DNA of 64,000 nt, from assembly GCA_011050235.1 (NCBI GenBank), contig DRGC01000032.1:30042-94041 (forward strand), given 5' to 3'. Within the stretch, counting starts at the first letter, position 1; the number at the start of each line of letters is the position of its first letter. Below are positions 50,406-59,960 of this stretch, piece by piece. Source of the DNA: Phycisphaerae bacterium. GTDB taxonomy: Bacteria > Planctomycetota > Phycisphaerae > SM23-33. Under the pieces are notes generated by a model, which saw only the letters and a list, made by a program, of their open reading frames with translations, did no database searches and was not told where the DNA came from. A program made the translations under genes and the position numbers.

Positions 50406-51404
50406 TTATTCGTTTCGCCGGACGGCGACCGCTGTTGGGCGGGCGGTCATTTCGGCCAGCGATATGTCCAGATCGGTGAAAGGCTGTTCGCCTTTGCGAT
50501 AGAGGACCACCAGGCCGATCAGTTCGCCCGGCTCGGGGACCAGCGGCAGCAGCAGAACGCTCAGGCCGGGCAGGTAGCGGCGGATCTGCTGGGGGAACTG
50601 CTCAGCCTCGTCGCCGGCATCCATCACCATGCACTGAGGGCTGGTCAGAGCGATCTCGACCAAGGGGAGACAAAGGGCCTGGCAAAACTCCAGTTGGTCG
50701 GGGGTGGGCACACCGAACCGCCCCATCACGTGCAGCTCGGCGTCTTCGTTGCAGACCAACGCTATGCCGTGGACCGGGCCGCTGCGACGAACGAACAACT
50801 GGAACAGCGAGCGGAACACGTCGTCGTCGCACTTGGCCCCGATCAACTCTCCCTGGTAGCCGATCACGATCTGCTGGAGGGCCATCTGGCTGCTGAGCGC
50901 CTTGTAGGCGGCCGTCAGGTCGGCGCACGTGCTGTCGAGCTGTTGGCCTATCTGCTTGCGTTCGATGTTGACCCCCCGGGCCAGGTCGCGCAGTTTCAGT
51001 GTGCGTTGCTTCGTGCGGTGTCGGGCGCTGCGGCGCTCGAGTTCCTGGCGAACCGTCATTCTCAGGCGGTCCATGTCCAGCGGCTTGGTCATCAGCTCGA
51101 CCAGGCCGATCTGGGTCGCCTCGGCGACGGCCTCGGTGTCGTCGCAGCCGGTGATGACGACCGCCGGAATGTCGCCGATGGTCTCGCGCAGGTGCGCGAT
51201 GACATCCAGGCCGGTGTGGTCACCCAGCCGAAGGTCCGCGACGATCAGGTCGACCGGACCATCGGCCGCCAGGGCCAGCGCCTCGTCTTCCGAGGCCGCG
51301 GCCAGCACCTGAAGGTCATCGGCGGCCAGCGCGTCGGTCAGAAGTTCCCTGAGCTCGGGTTCGTCGTCGACCACCAATACGCGTGCGGTCTGATTGCCTG
51401 CCAA
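50406..51404 (-). CDS. response regulator, N-terminal REC domain + C-terminal GAF-like domain
   Basis: VLVVDDEPELRELL..DLIVADLRLGD..G is a CheY-like receiver with a phospho-acceptor Asp. The C-terminal ~170 aa are GAF-like. Confidence 0.6.
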   Translation of the reverse strand: MAGNQTARVLVVDDEPELRELLTDALAADDLQVLAAASEDEALALAADGPVDLIVADLRLGDHTGLDVIAHLRETIGDIPAVVITGCDDTEAVAEATQIGLVELMTKPLDMDRLRMTVRQELERRSARHRTKQRTLKLRDLARGVNIERKQIGQQLDSTCADLTAAYKALSSQMALQQIVIGYQGELIGAKCDDDVFRSLFQLFVRRSGPVHGIALVCNEDAELHVMGRFGVPTPDQLEFCQALCLPLVEIALTSPQCMVMDAGDEAEQFPQQIRRYLPGLSVLLLPLVPEPGELIGLVVLYRKGEQPFTDLDISLAEMTARPTAVAVRRNE

Positions 51405-52043
51405 CGTCAGTCCTCCTGCGCCCCATCGAGGGCGCTCGGGTCAAATAGACGATCCACCGAAACGCTCAAGCGTCATTGGCGAGCGGGCGGCCCAGGTGTC
51501 AGGGCGGCCCGCCTGTCGCCTCCGTTCTAGATATCGGACTCGCAGGAAGCATCTTGAGTTTGCGCTGCGGAACTTTTCAGCCTAAATATCCCACCGTAAG
51601 GGCCGTCCAAAGAAAAACTTACAAGGGCCCGCTCTGCCCCTAGAGTGATGGGCACAGTCGTGTAGGCACGCCGGGGCTCTGCCAGCCGATGGCACAATGA
51701 TCGGGTGCCACGCTCTTGCGCTGTGTGCAAAAGCGTGAAGGGACCTGAACAAACACGCTTCTGCAAGTCCCGACGTATCCCGACGTACATCGGGAGGATG
51801 GCGCCCCCACCTGAGCTATGTAATATCGGAATCTGCCCTTAGCGGTCTTACGTAAGTTTGTAGCGGTTATGGTGGAAGATGGGCAAGTCGTGGCCTTACC
51901 CGTTGCCTCCCACCCGAGCTCAGCATATCAGAGCCCAACTGTCGCGGCCGGCCGATACCTCATGTGCCGATGTATCGTTCCGTTCGACCGAGATACCCCC
52001 TTTCCCAAGACCGGCAAGCGTGCCCCCACCTGCAGAGCCGTTG

Positions 52044-52078
52044 CATTGGACATTGGACATTGGACATTGGGCATTCGG
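52044..52078 (+). repeat. heptanucleotide tandem repeat array (CATTGGR)x5
   Basis: CATTGGA CATTGGA CATTGGG CATTCGG CATTGGG, immediately 3' of the minus-strand regulator gene. Seen directly in the sequence. Confidence 0.8.
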
Positions 52079-52113
52079 CATTGGGACGCCCCCCCGTCAA
52101 CCGGCCCCCGCCC

Positions 52114-52707
52114 CTAGGGCCGCACCAGGGCGACGATGCGGTCGACCACCTGCTCGATATTGAACGGTTTGCGGATGAACTCGTCCGCCCCCGCCTCCGT
52201 GAGGCGCCGGACCTCCGATGCATTGGCCACGCCCGATATCATCAGAATCTTGATGTGCGACAACTCCGCATGCCGGCGAATGGTCGTACAGACGACATTG
52301 CCGTTGACGTCCGGGAGCATGTAGTCCAGCACCAGGATGTCCGGGCGGAACTGCTGGGTCAAAACGCCGGCGTCGTAGCCGGTCGTCGCGGTGACGACCT
52401 CGAACCGATCATCCCCATCGAGGACATCCACGAACAGATCGATGATCTCCGGATCGTCGTCCACCACCAGGACGCGAATCTTGTCGCCTTCGATCTGGTC
52501 CAGTGGGATCTTGTTCGCCCTCATGAACGTGATGAGGCTATCGCGCGGGATGCGACGGAACTTGCTGCCGGGCACACGGAATCCTTCGAGCTGCCCGCTA
52601 TCGAAGCAGCGAATGATCGTCTGTTGAGACAGATTGCAGATCTGGGCGGCCTCGCCCGTGGTGTACACTGCCTTGTGTCGCACGCCTGCATCTCCTTTTT
52701 CGTTCAT
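52114..52707 (-). CDS. response regulator with N-terminal excisionase/MerR-type HTH (HTH_17) and C-terminal REC domain
   Basis: YTTGEAAQICNLSQQTIIRCFDSGQLEGFRVPGSKFRRIPRDSL is the HTH_17 region. RVLVVDDDPEII..DILVLDYMLPDVNG is the receiver. Confidence 0.6.
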   Translation of the reverse strand: MNEKGDAGVRHKAVYTTGEAAQICNLSQQTIIRCFDSGQLEGFRVPGSKFRRIPRDSLITFMRANKIPLDQIEGDKIRVLVVDDDPEIIDLFVDVLDGDDRFEVVTATTGYDAGVLTQQFRPDILVLDYMLPDVNGNVVCTTIRRHAELSHIKILMISGVANASEVRRLTEAGADEFIRKPFNIEQVVDRIVALVRP

Positions 52708-52903
52708 CGCTCGGCCGGCGCCGCTTCGATCCGCGGCGCCAAGGTAACCGAACGCCACGACAGCCTGACGCCGTAATGCGTCTGCTGATGAATCGACACA
52801 GTGATTGGCGAAACTTAAGTTTTCAAGCCCCCACCTTCCCCATTTTCTTCATCTTGCCAAGAGCGCCCCCAAGAGCTCGAAGCGCCACGTTATCGGACGT
52901 AGG

Positions 52904-52936
52904 TAAAGAAAAGGGGCGCCCGTTCGGGGTGCCCCT
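52904..52936 (-). terminator. rho-independent terminator downstream of flgM
   Basis: On the minus strand, the hairpin AGGGGCACCCCGAACGGGCGCCCCT is followed by TTTTCTTT. Confidence 0.5.
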
Positions 52937-52963
52937 GAGTGTTCGCAGATGGCGGTCTCGCCG

Positions 52964-53281
52964 CTAGTGTCCGATAAACTTTCCCTTGGTTTCCGGCCCG
53001 TCGACAGGAAGGTCCTTGGCCAGCGACTCGATCGCTCGATCGATCTTCTCCGGTGTCTCGTAGGTCCCCTCGGCGATCTGGCGGCGAACGCCGGTGACCA
53101 GTTCGCGTCGGACATCGGGAAGATGCCTGGCCATCTCAAGCAAGCGCTGGGCCGTTGCGGTCTCCGCCTCGGTCCGCAGCTTGGGAAGGGATACGGACTT
53201 CTTACCCGTCTTGATCGCAGTGGCTGTCGCCTTGGCTGCGCCCTTGCCTTTGCCCGAACCGCTACGAGATGAATAAGCCAT
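52964..53281 (-). CDS. flgM: anti-sigma-28 factor FlgM family protein
   Basis: Start at MAYSSRSGSG. The C-terminal VRRELVTGVRRQIAEGTYETPEKIDRAIESL matches the FlgM pattern (xxxLxxxIxxGxYxxDxxKIAxxLI). Confidence 0.55.
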   Translation of the reverse strand: MAYSSRSGSGKGKGAAKATATAIKTGKKSVSLPKLRTEAETATAQRLLEMARHLPDVRRELVTGVRRQIAEGTYETPEKIDRAIESLAKDLPVDGPETKGKFIGH

Positions 53282-53620
53282 TGTCTGCCGCCAGTTCAAC
53301 CGTGCGCATAGTCGCACAGATATCGAACCCGATGGGCCGGCCAATTGGGTCATCCTCCGTGATCTCCGTGTCTGGCACTGCACACAGGCTCGCAAGGTAT
53401 CAAACGTCTGATCTGTCGACCTGTCGAAGGTCGATGTGTGTGCGTCCTTGCACTATTAATATCGAAATACGGGGCCTTCCACCTTAAGAAAATGCTTACG
53501 GCGCTTCCTTCGACAACTCGTGCTTATATATATACTTGAATGGCTTATGCCGATCAAGACCAAAGTTTGAAAAGTTTTTCCCCGCCCTGGGGGCCGCATA
53601 GGTTCTCCACTGTTCATAGC

Positions 53621-55513
53621 TTACCCATCTTTACCGGCGGCGGCCGGTTGGCCGCGATTTTCGGCGCCGGCCAGGTAAATGGCAAGGACCGTCACATCGG
53701 CCGGCGTGATGCCGCTGACCCGCAGGGCCTGGCCCAGGGTGCGCGGGCGGATGTCGGTGAGCTTCTCCCCCGCCTCGCGCCGCAGGTGGCTGATCGCGGC
53801 GTAGTCGACCTCCGGCGGGATGAGCTTGGCGTCCAGGTCCTGCATCTGCCGCAGGGCCGTCTCCTGCTTGGCCAGGTACCCGGCGTAACGCAGATCGATC
53901 GTCAGCGATTCCACCGCATCAGGCTCGGCCTCGGCCAGTCGCCGCAATCGATCGGCCGTCGCGTCGTCGGCCTTGGCGAAAACTCGCTCGGCCGTCATGT
54001 CGGGCTGCTGGAAGTAATCGGCCAGCGTCTTGCCCTCGCACCGCGCAGCCGCCAGGAGGTCGCCGGCCTCATCGACGGCCGCCCCGCCCTGCTGGAAGCG
54101 CGCCCACCGATCGTCGGCCACCAGACCGACGGTCCGGCCGAGGTCGGTCAGCCGTCGGTCCGCGTTGTCGGCCCGCAGGTGCAGGCGATGCTCGGCCCGG
54201 CTGGTGAACATGCGGTACGGCTCGGTGACGCCCTTGGTGACCAGGTCATCGATCATCACGCCGATGTAGGCCTGGTCGCGCCGCAGGACCAGCGACTCGC
54301 GACCGGACGCGGCGAGGGCGGCATTGACGCCCGCGATCAGCCCCTGGGCGGCGGCCTCCTCGTAACCGGTCGTGCCGTTGATCTGCCCGGCCAGGTACAG
54401 GCCGCCTGTGGCTTTCGTCTCGAGCGTCGCCTGAAGCTGTGTCGGCGGGGCGAAGTCGTACTCGATCGCGTAGCCGTACCGCACTATCTCCGCCCGCTCC
54501 AGCCCGGCGATGTGATGGACGATGATCTCCTGCACATCCTCCGGCAGCGACGTGGAGATGCCGTTGACGTAGACCCAGTTGGTGGTTCGGCCCTCCGGTT
54601 CGATGAAGATCTGATGGCTCGTCTTGTCGGCGAAGCGCTGGATCTTCGTCTCCAGCGACGGGCAGTACCGCGGGCCCACGGCCTGAATCTGGCCGGTGTA
54701 GAGCGGGGCGCGGTGGAGGTTGGCGCGAATGACGTCGTGGACTTTCTCGTTGGTCGCCGTGATCCAGCACGGAATCTGATCCACGGCCAGCCGGCCGGTC
54801 ATGAACGAAAACGGCCGGGGGTGATCGTCGCCATCCTGCCGCTCGCAGCGGTCGGTGTCGATGGTCTCGGCCGCCAGCCGCGGACACGTACCGGTCTTGA
54901 GTCGCTGCAACTGGAGCCCACAGCGGACCAGGCTGTCGCCAAGCTTCTCGGCCGCCGGCTGGCCGTAGCGCCCGCCGGGCCAGGTGGTCTCGCCAAGGTG
55001 CATCAGGCCGCTCAGGAAGGTGCCGCTGGTGACGATGACAGCTCGGGAGCGGAATGTTGAATGCTGAATGCTAAATGCTGAATGGTCATCGCCACACGCC
55101 AAGCTAACACCGCAGACGCAGCCGCCTTCGGTGAGGATGTCAGTGACTTCCCCGGCAATGATCGTCAGGTTGGGCGTTTGGCGCAGGGCATCCTGGACCC
55201 ACGCGGCGTAGGCGTGGCGGTCGGATTGGCAGCGCGGGCCCCAGACGGCCGGGCCTTTCGAGCGGTTGAGCATGCGGAACTGAATCCCCGTCGCGTCGGC
55301 CGCCAGCGCCATCAGCCCACCGAGCGCGTCGATCTCTCGAACGATCTGCCCCTTGCCCACCCCGCCGATCGCCGGATTGCACGCCATCGCGGCAATCTCG
55401 GCCTCATCGAGAGTAATCAGCGCCGTCTGCGCCCCAAGCCGCGCCGCCGCATGGGCGGCCTCGGCCCCGGCATGGCCGCCGCCGATGACGATGACGTCAA
55501 AATCACAAGCCAT
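53621..55513 (-). CDS. mnmG: tRNA uridine 5-carboxymethylaminomethyl modification enzyme MnmG (GidA), with in-frame insertion encoded by a heptamer repeat
   Basis: MACDFDVIVIGGGHAGAEAA..., an FAD-binding fold and a length of 630 aa. The extra segment DDHSAFSIQHST is encoded by 55053..55086. Confidence 0.85.
   Translation of the reverse strand: MACDFDVIVIGGGHAGAEAAHAAARLGAQTALITLDEAEIAAMACNPAIGGVGKGQIVREIDALGGLMALAADATGIQFRMLNRSKGPAVWGPRCQSDRHAYAAWVQDALRQTPNLTIIAGEVTDILTEGGCVCGVSLACGDDHSAFSIQHSTFRSRAVIVTSGTFLSGLMHLGETTWPGGRYGQPAAEKLGDSLVRCGLQLQRLKTGTCPRLAAETIDTDRCERQDGDDHPRPFSFMTGRLAVDQIPCWITATNEKVHDVIRANLHRAPLYTGQIQAVGPRYCPSLETKIQRFADKTSHQIFIEPEGRTTNWVYVNGISTSLPEDVQEIIVHHIAGLERAEIVRYGYAIEYDFAPPTQLQATLETKATGGLYLAGQINGTTGYEEAAAQGLIAGVNAALAASGRESLVLRRDQAYIGVMIDDLVTKGVTEPYRMFTSRAEHRLHLRADNADRRLTDLGRTVGLVADDRWARFQQGGAAVDEAGDLLAAARCEGKTLADYFQQPDMTAERVFAKADDATADRLRRLAEAEPDAVESLTIDLRYAGYLAKQETALRQMQDLDAKLIPPEVDYAAISHLRREAGEKLTDIRPRTLGQALRVSGITPADVTVLAIYLAGAENRGQPAAAGKDG
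55053..55086. repeat. heptanucleotide tandem array (GAATGCT)x5 inside the mnmG coding sequence
   Basis: GAATGTT GAATGCT GAATGCT AAATGCT GAATGG. On the minus strand it reads in frame as HSAFSIQHSTF. Confidence 0.8.
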
Positions 55514-55575
55514 ACACCGATTCTAGCACACAGGCCCGGCCTGGTCATCTCCATCAGTTGCGGGCAGATAGTCCA

Positions 55576-56445
55576 TCATCTCGCCATGGGTGCGATCCCG
55601 GTTGGGCCCGCCACGGGCGCGCCCGAGTCGCCTGCGCCGGCCTGGCGCAGGTCCTCATGGAAATGAGCGACGGATGCCGCCATGTAGGGACTCAGCCACA
55701 AGAAACCAATGCCCAACGTCAGCATGCACAACAGCGCCCAGCCGAAGAAACGAAAGTACAGACAGAACAGCTTGCCCTTGTGTCCCTGCATCAGGGCCTT
55801 GCTCTTGCGAATCGCTGCCAGCGGGTCCAGCGAAGAGTCTTCGGCCATGAGGTAGAATGTCTGCGAATAGGCCAGTGCGGCGATCAGGCCCGGGATGATG
55901 AGCAATAGCGACCATAGAAATATAAAAATGCTCATCAGGATGCAGGCCCCAAGGGCATTGCCGAAGTTCTTGAACCCGACGAACAGCATCCCCATCTCCG
56001 TCTTCCCGCCACGAACGAGTGTCAGGAAGAACACTGCCCCTCCCAGTGCGAACGGACCCGACACGATCAGAGCGATCAGCGGGCTCACATACGGAACGCC
56101 GCCGCCGGACAGCAACACCCCCAGCACCAGAGAGAATGCGATGGGCAAGCCCCATCGCCCCTTGAGCAGGGCGCGCGCCCTTGACGTGATGTCACGATTG
56201 GGGGTCTCCCCACCCGTTCCCGTCAACGGCGGCGGAAGGATGGCAAACCCCGCTACCGGCGGTGGGGCCTCTCCGTCGCCGCGGAATAGATTCTCCAGCG
56301 AGCCCGCTCGCACCCAATCGGACATTCCGTCGGTCCAGACAAGGTGCTCCTCAAGCAGGCGTCCCTGGCCGATCCATTCCCGCAGCGTGGCCTCATCGAT
56401 CGGGCCATACTGCTTATCGCCAACGTAAACATACCACGTTGCCAC
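55576..56445 (-). CDS. membrane protein, N-terminal DUF4339 (GYF-like) + DUF975-like TM domain
   Basis: MATWYVYVGDKQYGPIDEATLREWIGQGRL... is DUF4339-like. Four TM helices resembling DUF975 follow. Confidence 0.5.
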   Translation of the reverse strand: MATWYVYVGDKQYGPIDEATLREWIGQGRLLEEHLVWTDGMSDWVRAGSLENLFRGDGEAPPPVAGFAILPPPLTGTGGETPNRDITSRARALLKGRWGLPIAFSLVLGVLLSGGGVPYVSPLIALIVSGPFALGGAVFFLTLVRGGKTEMGMLFVGFKNFGNALGACILMSIFIFLWSLLLIIPGLIAALAYSQTFYLMAEDSSLDPLAAIRKSKALMQGHKGKLFCLYFRFFGWALLCMLTLGIGFLWLSPYMAASVAHFHEDLRQAGAGDSGAPVAGPTGIAPMAR

Positions 56446-56481
56446 AGGCGCTCACCCATCATCACTACGTCAGACCGTCGA

Positions 56482-56874
56482 CTAGGCCGCTGGAGGTGCG
56501 GATGGCGCGGGTGGCGCGGGTGGCGTTGCCGCCGCAGCCGCAGCGCCCTGATATGTCGCGCTGCCGAAGCCCAGGATCGGGTAGAAAATGAAGGGTAAAA
56601 AGATAAGCCCAATGCCGAAGCCGCCCTCTTTGCCGAACTTCGCGGCAACGGCGAAGCCGACCTTGAAGGGCGGGATAAGGAAGACGATGGGAACGAAAGA
56701 CAAAATGAACCACAGAATAGGCAGTTTGGCGATCTCGACCGTTACAATGTACCCGTTGTAGACCGGGACCAGGCACGCCCAGCCCGGCTGGCCGGCCTTG
56801 ACGAACACCTTCCACAACCCTGCAATCATCAACACCATCAAAGCGAGGCAAAGCACAGGAAGAAGTATTGCCAT
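56482..56874 (-). CDS. small membrane protein (DUF5684-like)
   Basis: Start at MAILLPV. The VYNGYIV motif is followed by TM helices. Pro/Ala-rich tail. Confidence 0.4.
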   Translation of the reverse strand: MAILLPVLCLALMVLMIAGLWKVFVKAGQPGWACLVPVYNGYIVTVEIAKLPILWFILSFVPIVFLIPPFKVGFAVAAKFGKEGGFGIGLIFLPFIFYPILGFGSATYQGAAAAAATPPAPPAPSAPPAA

Positions 56875-57027
56875 CGATTTCCCTTTCCATAAAGTGCGGA
56901 CAGAACTGACCGGCCCATGCCTATGCAATGGGCAACCCCGTGCCTGGACCTACCGTCCCTGGCGAGGTCGACATCAATATCCCACAGAATCCTTTGCTGT
57001 GTCAAGAACTTAAGAATATTCGCCAGC

Positions 57028-57933
57028 TCAGGCGAACAGCGCCTCGACGAAGCTGTCCGGGTCGAACGGCTCGACGTCTTCGTAGGTCTCGCCGAGACCG
57101 ACGAACTTGACCGGCAGGTCGACCTCGTGGCGGATGGCGACGACGATGCCGCCCTTGGCGGTCCCATCGAGCTTGGCCAGGAAGATGCCCGAGACATCGA
57201 TGGCCTTGGCGAACGCCCGGGCCTGGTCGATGGCGTTTTGGCCTGTGGTGGCATCGAGCACCAGCAGCACCTCGTGCGGGGCGCCGGGGATCTTCTTGGC
57301 CGCGACGTCGCGGACCTTGGTCAGTTCGCGCATGAGGTTGTCCTGCGTGTGCATCCGCCCGGCGGTATCGACGATCAGGACATCGGCCTTGCGGGCGATG
57401 GCCGCGTCGCAGGCGTCGAAGACCACCGAGGCCGCATCGTTGCCGCCCCCGGTGACGATGTCCACACCGATGCGGTCGGCCCAGATTGTCAACTGCTGGA
57501 CGGCCGCCGCCCGGTAGGTGTCGGCCGCGGCCAGACACACCTTCCGCCCCTCCTGCTTGAACCGATACGCCAGTTTGGCCACCGAGGTGGTCTTGCCCGT
57601 GCCGTTGATGCCCGTCATCATCACCACCGTCGGCGGGCTGTCGGCGAAATGCACCGACCGGTCCGACTCGGGCCAGTACGTCACGAGCTCGGCCTTGAGA
57701 AACTCGATCACGTCCTCGCCCCTGGCGATCCGCTTGTCGCGGTGGGCGGCCTGGAGGTCGTCGCAGATCCGCATCGTAGCCGCCACGCCGAAGTCGGCCT
57801 GGATGAGGATCTCCTCCAGATCGTCCAGCAGCGCCGCATCCAGTTGCCGCCCGGCGAGCAGGCTCCGCAACGAACCGACAAACTTCTCCCGCGTCCTGGC
57901 CAGACCTGACAGCAGTCGTTTCAGTATTGCCAT
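57028..57933 (-). CDS. ftsY: signal recognition particle receptor FtsY (short form)
   Basis: NG domain: VVMMTGINGTGKTTSVAKLA, DTAGR, and an SRP54-type GTPase. Confidence 0.85.
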   Translation of the reverse strand: MAILKRLLSGLARTREKFVGSLRSLLAGRQLDAALLDDLEEILIQADFGVAATMRICDDLQAAHRDKRIARGEDVIEFLKAELVTYWPESDRSVHFADSPPTVVMMTGINGTGKTTSVAKLAYRFKQEGRKVCLAAADTYRAAAVQQLTIWADRIGVDIVTGGGNDAASVVFDACDAAIARKADVLIVDTAGRMHTQDNLMRELTKVRDVAAKKIPGAPHEVLLVLDATTGQNAIDQARAFAKAIDVSGIFLAKLDGTAKGGIVVAIRHEVDLPVKFVGLGETYEDVEPFDPDSFVEALFA

Positions 57934-58028
57934 GGCATCTTCTTATTGGCAGGGATGCATGCGATGCAAGCGATTACTTCTCCGCGGGCTTGCGGAGCGC
58001 TTGTTCGCTTTCCGCCCATCGATCTTTC

Positions 58029-58074
58029 TGCAGCGAGACCAGGCAAAAGCAGGCGGGACAGGAGCCCCGCCTGC
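58029..58074 (+). repeat. REP-like dispersed element, copy 2 (3' of nusB)
   Basis: 45 of 47 positions match 26831..26876. Same orientation. Again just downstream of a minus-strand gene end. Confidence 0.8.
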
Positions 58075-58103
58075 CGACGCTATAGGCTACATCCCTGTCC
58101 TTG

Positions 58104-58535
58104 CTACTGGTCTTCGCTGCCGCCGGCGATCTCCCCATAAAGGTCCCTGGCGACGGCGTCCAGGATGCCGTTGACGAAGCGGGGGCTCTCAGCGGTGGAG
58201 AACTCTTCGGCAAGCTTGAGCGCTTCGGCGATCACCACGCGGGGCGGCGCCGATTTGGCGCGCAGCTCACAGACGGCCAGGCGAAGGATGTTGCGGTCCA
58301 CCAGCGCCAGGCGATTGAGCTGCCAGTGACGCGCATACTCGGCTAGAGTCGCGTCGCATGCCTCCAGGTCGGCCCGAACGTCGGACAGGAGTTGGCGGGC
58401 CAGTTGATGGGTCTGGGCGTCGCTGCGGCTTTCGGCGATGAACCCCTCGGCCATGTCGGCGGCCCGATCGCCCTGGACGTCCAGCAGGCATAGTCCCTGC
58501 AGCGCCAGACGTCTTGCGCGGTGAATGCGGCTCAC
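58104..58535 (-). CDS. nusB: transcription antitermination factor NusB (GTG start overlapping ribH stop)
   Basis: [14 protein letters not shown]...[17 protein letters not shown]...[13 protein letters not shown] are present. The GTG overlaps the ribH TGA (GTGA), the classic ribH-nusB arrangement. Confidence 0.7.
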   Translation of the reverse strand: MSRIHRARRLALQGLCLLDVQGDRAADMAEGFIAESRSDAQTHQLARQLLSDVRADLEACDATLAEYARHWQLNRLALVDRNILRLAVCELRAKSAPPRVVIAEALKLAEEFSTAESPRFVNGILDAVARDLYGEIAGGSEDQ

Positions 58536-59014
58536 GATTCCGACGGCAGCTGCGACAGGAGATTGGCCATTTCGACGGCCGCCGTCGCCGCATCGGCGCC
58601 CTTGTTGCCCGCCTTGGCGCCGGATCGCTCGACGGCCTGTTCGATCGTGTCGCACGTCAGGACGCCGAAGATGCAGGGCACGCCGGTCTGCAGCGACGCC
58701 TGGGCGACCCCTTTGGCGACTTCCGAGGCGATGTATTGGTGGTGGTCGGTTCCGCCGCGGATGACGGCCCCCAAGCACACCACGGCGGTGTAGACGCCGC
58801 TGGCGGCCAGCCGGCGGGCCAGCAGCGGGATCTCGAAGCTGCCCGGCGACCAGACAACGTCCAGGTCCTTCTCCGCGACACCGTATCGCTTGAAGGCGTC
58901 TGTCGCGCCGGCCAGCAGCTTACCGGTCACGAACTCATTGAATCGGCTGACCAGCATCACAAAGCGGGCCCCGGTGGGCGCCGTCAGTTTTCCTTCGTAT
59001 GTCGTCATGGCCAC
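58532..59014 (-). CDS. ribH: 6,7-dimethyl-8-ribityllumazine synthase
   Basis: [20 protein letters not shown]....SPGSFEIPL...[15 protein letters not shown] is present. 160 aa. Confidence 0.85.
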   Translation of the reverse strand: MAMTTYEGKLTAPTGARFVMLVSRFNEFVTGKLLAGATDAFKRYGVAEKDLDVVWSPGSFEIPLLARRLAASGVYTAVVCLGAVIRGGTDHHQYIASEVAKGVAQASLQTGVPCIFGVLTCDTIEQAVERSGAKAGNKGADAATAAVEMANLLSQLPSES

Positions 59015-59120
59015 AACTCCTCGTCATCGGCCCGGGTCAGCAGGTCTGGGCCGGTCCGTGCGGCGACCAGTATAAGGCCAACGGCCGCCGGTTGGCAAGC
59101 GGCTCACCGCCACCGGCCGC

Positions 59121-59909
59121 TCAGATGCGATTGGCGATGTAGGCCAGCAGGAACGCCGTCTGCGTCAGCAGATTCGTCGCCAGCAGCACCTCCCGCGTCA
59201 AGCGCCGGCCTCGCCGCGAAAACACCAACCCCGCGATCACGGCCGCCACAATCGTCACGCCCGAGATCGTCACCTGCATCCAGGGCAGGTAGTTGAAATA
59301 CCAGATCGACAGCGTCAGAACGCCCCCCATCACCGCCGCCGTCGCCAGCGGGCCGCACCGGTCCGCATACGCCAGAACGGCCGGCTGGCTCGTGTAGGTC
59401 CGCCGGCAGAACAGGCAGGTCGCCATCATCGCCCACGCCCCCCACAGCGGCGCCAGCAGCAGCGGGCGGAGCACACCGTGCGGCCGAAGCCACACAAGCC
59501 ACCACGGATTCTCCGCCGACGATTGCTCATTCCACCCCCGAAGGGTCAGCAGGATCAGCGCCCACACCGCCACGATGACGGCCATCCCAAGCGGGCGGTC
59601 GGGCCCGCCAACCACCGCGTCGGCCAGTGCGGCCGCCGCCCGGCGATAGACCCACAGGAATGTCACCCCCAGGACCGCTACGACGGGCATAATGGGCAAG
59701 GCCGCCCGTCCCTGCGGGGCGTTCCACGCCAACGCCCACAGGCCCGCCTGACCGACCCCCCATGCCGCCGACAGCGCCAGCACCTGCCACCACGCCCCGC
59801 CGAGCCGCTCGGGCGGCGCGCTCTGAAGGCGCGTATTATCGGCGATCAACATCAGCCACCCGGGCCGATTGACCAGCCAGTTCACCAGTGACGTAAAGAT
59901 CTTCTTCAT
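59121..59909 (-). CDS. polytopic membrane protein (hypothetical; CobS-like not confirmed)
   Basis: At least six predicted TM helices, Trp-rich. No diagnostic motif recognised. Confidence 0.4.
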   Translation of the reverse strand: MKKIFTSLVNWLVNRPGWLMLIADNTRLQSAPPERLGGAWWQVLALSAAWGVGQAGLWALAWNAPQGRAALPIMPVVAVLGVTFLWVYRRAAAALADAVVGGPDRPLGMAVIVAVWALILLTLRGWNEQSSAENPWWLVWLRPHGVLRPLLLAPLWGAWAMMATCLFCRRTYTSQPAVLAYADRCGPLATAAVMGGVLTLSIWYFNYLPWMQVTISGVTIVAAVIAGLVFSRRGRRLTREVLLATNLLTQTAFLLAYIANRI

Positions 59910-59960
59910 GATTCTTCGCCCCCGTCGGGAGATCGTATGGCCGTCGATGACGGGCCGCCG

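Noticed and set aside
59121-59909. Cobalamin synthase (CobS) assignment for the membrane protein
   Set aside because: Its length and TM count fit, but I could not recognise CobS motifs. Left as hypothetical.
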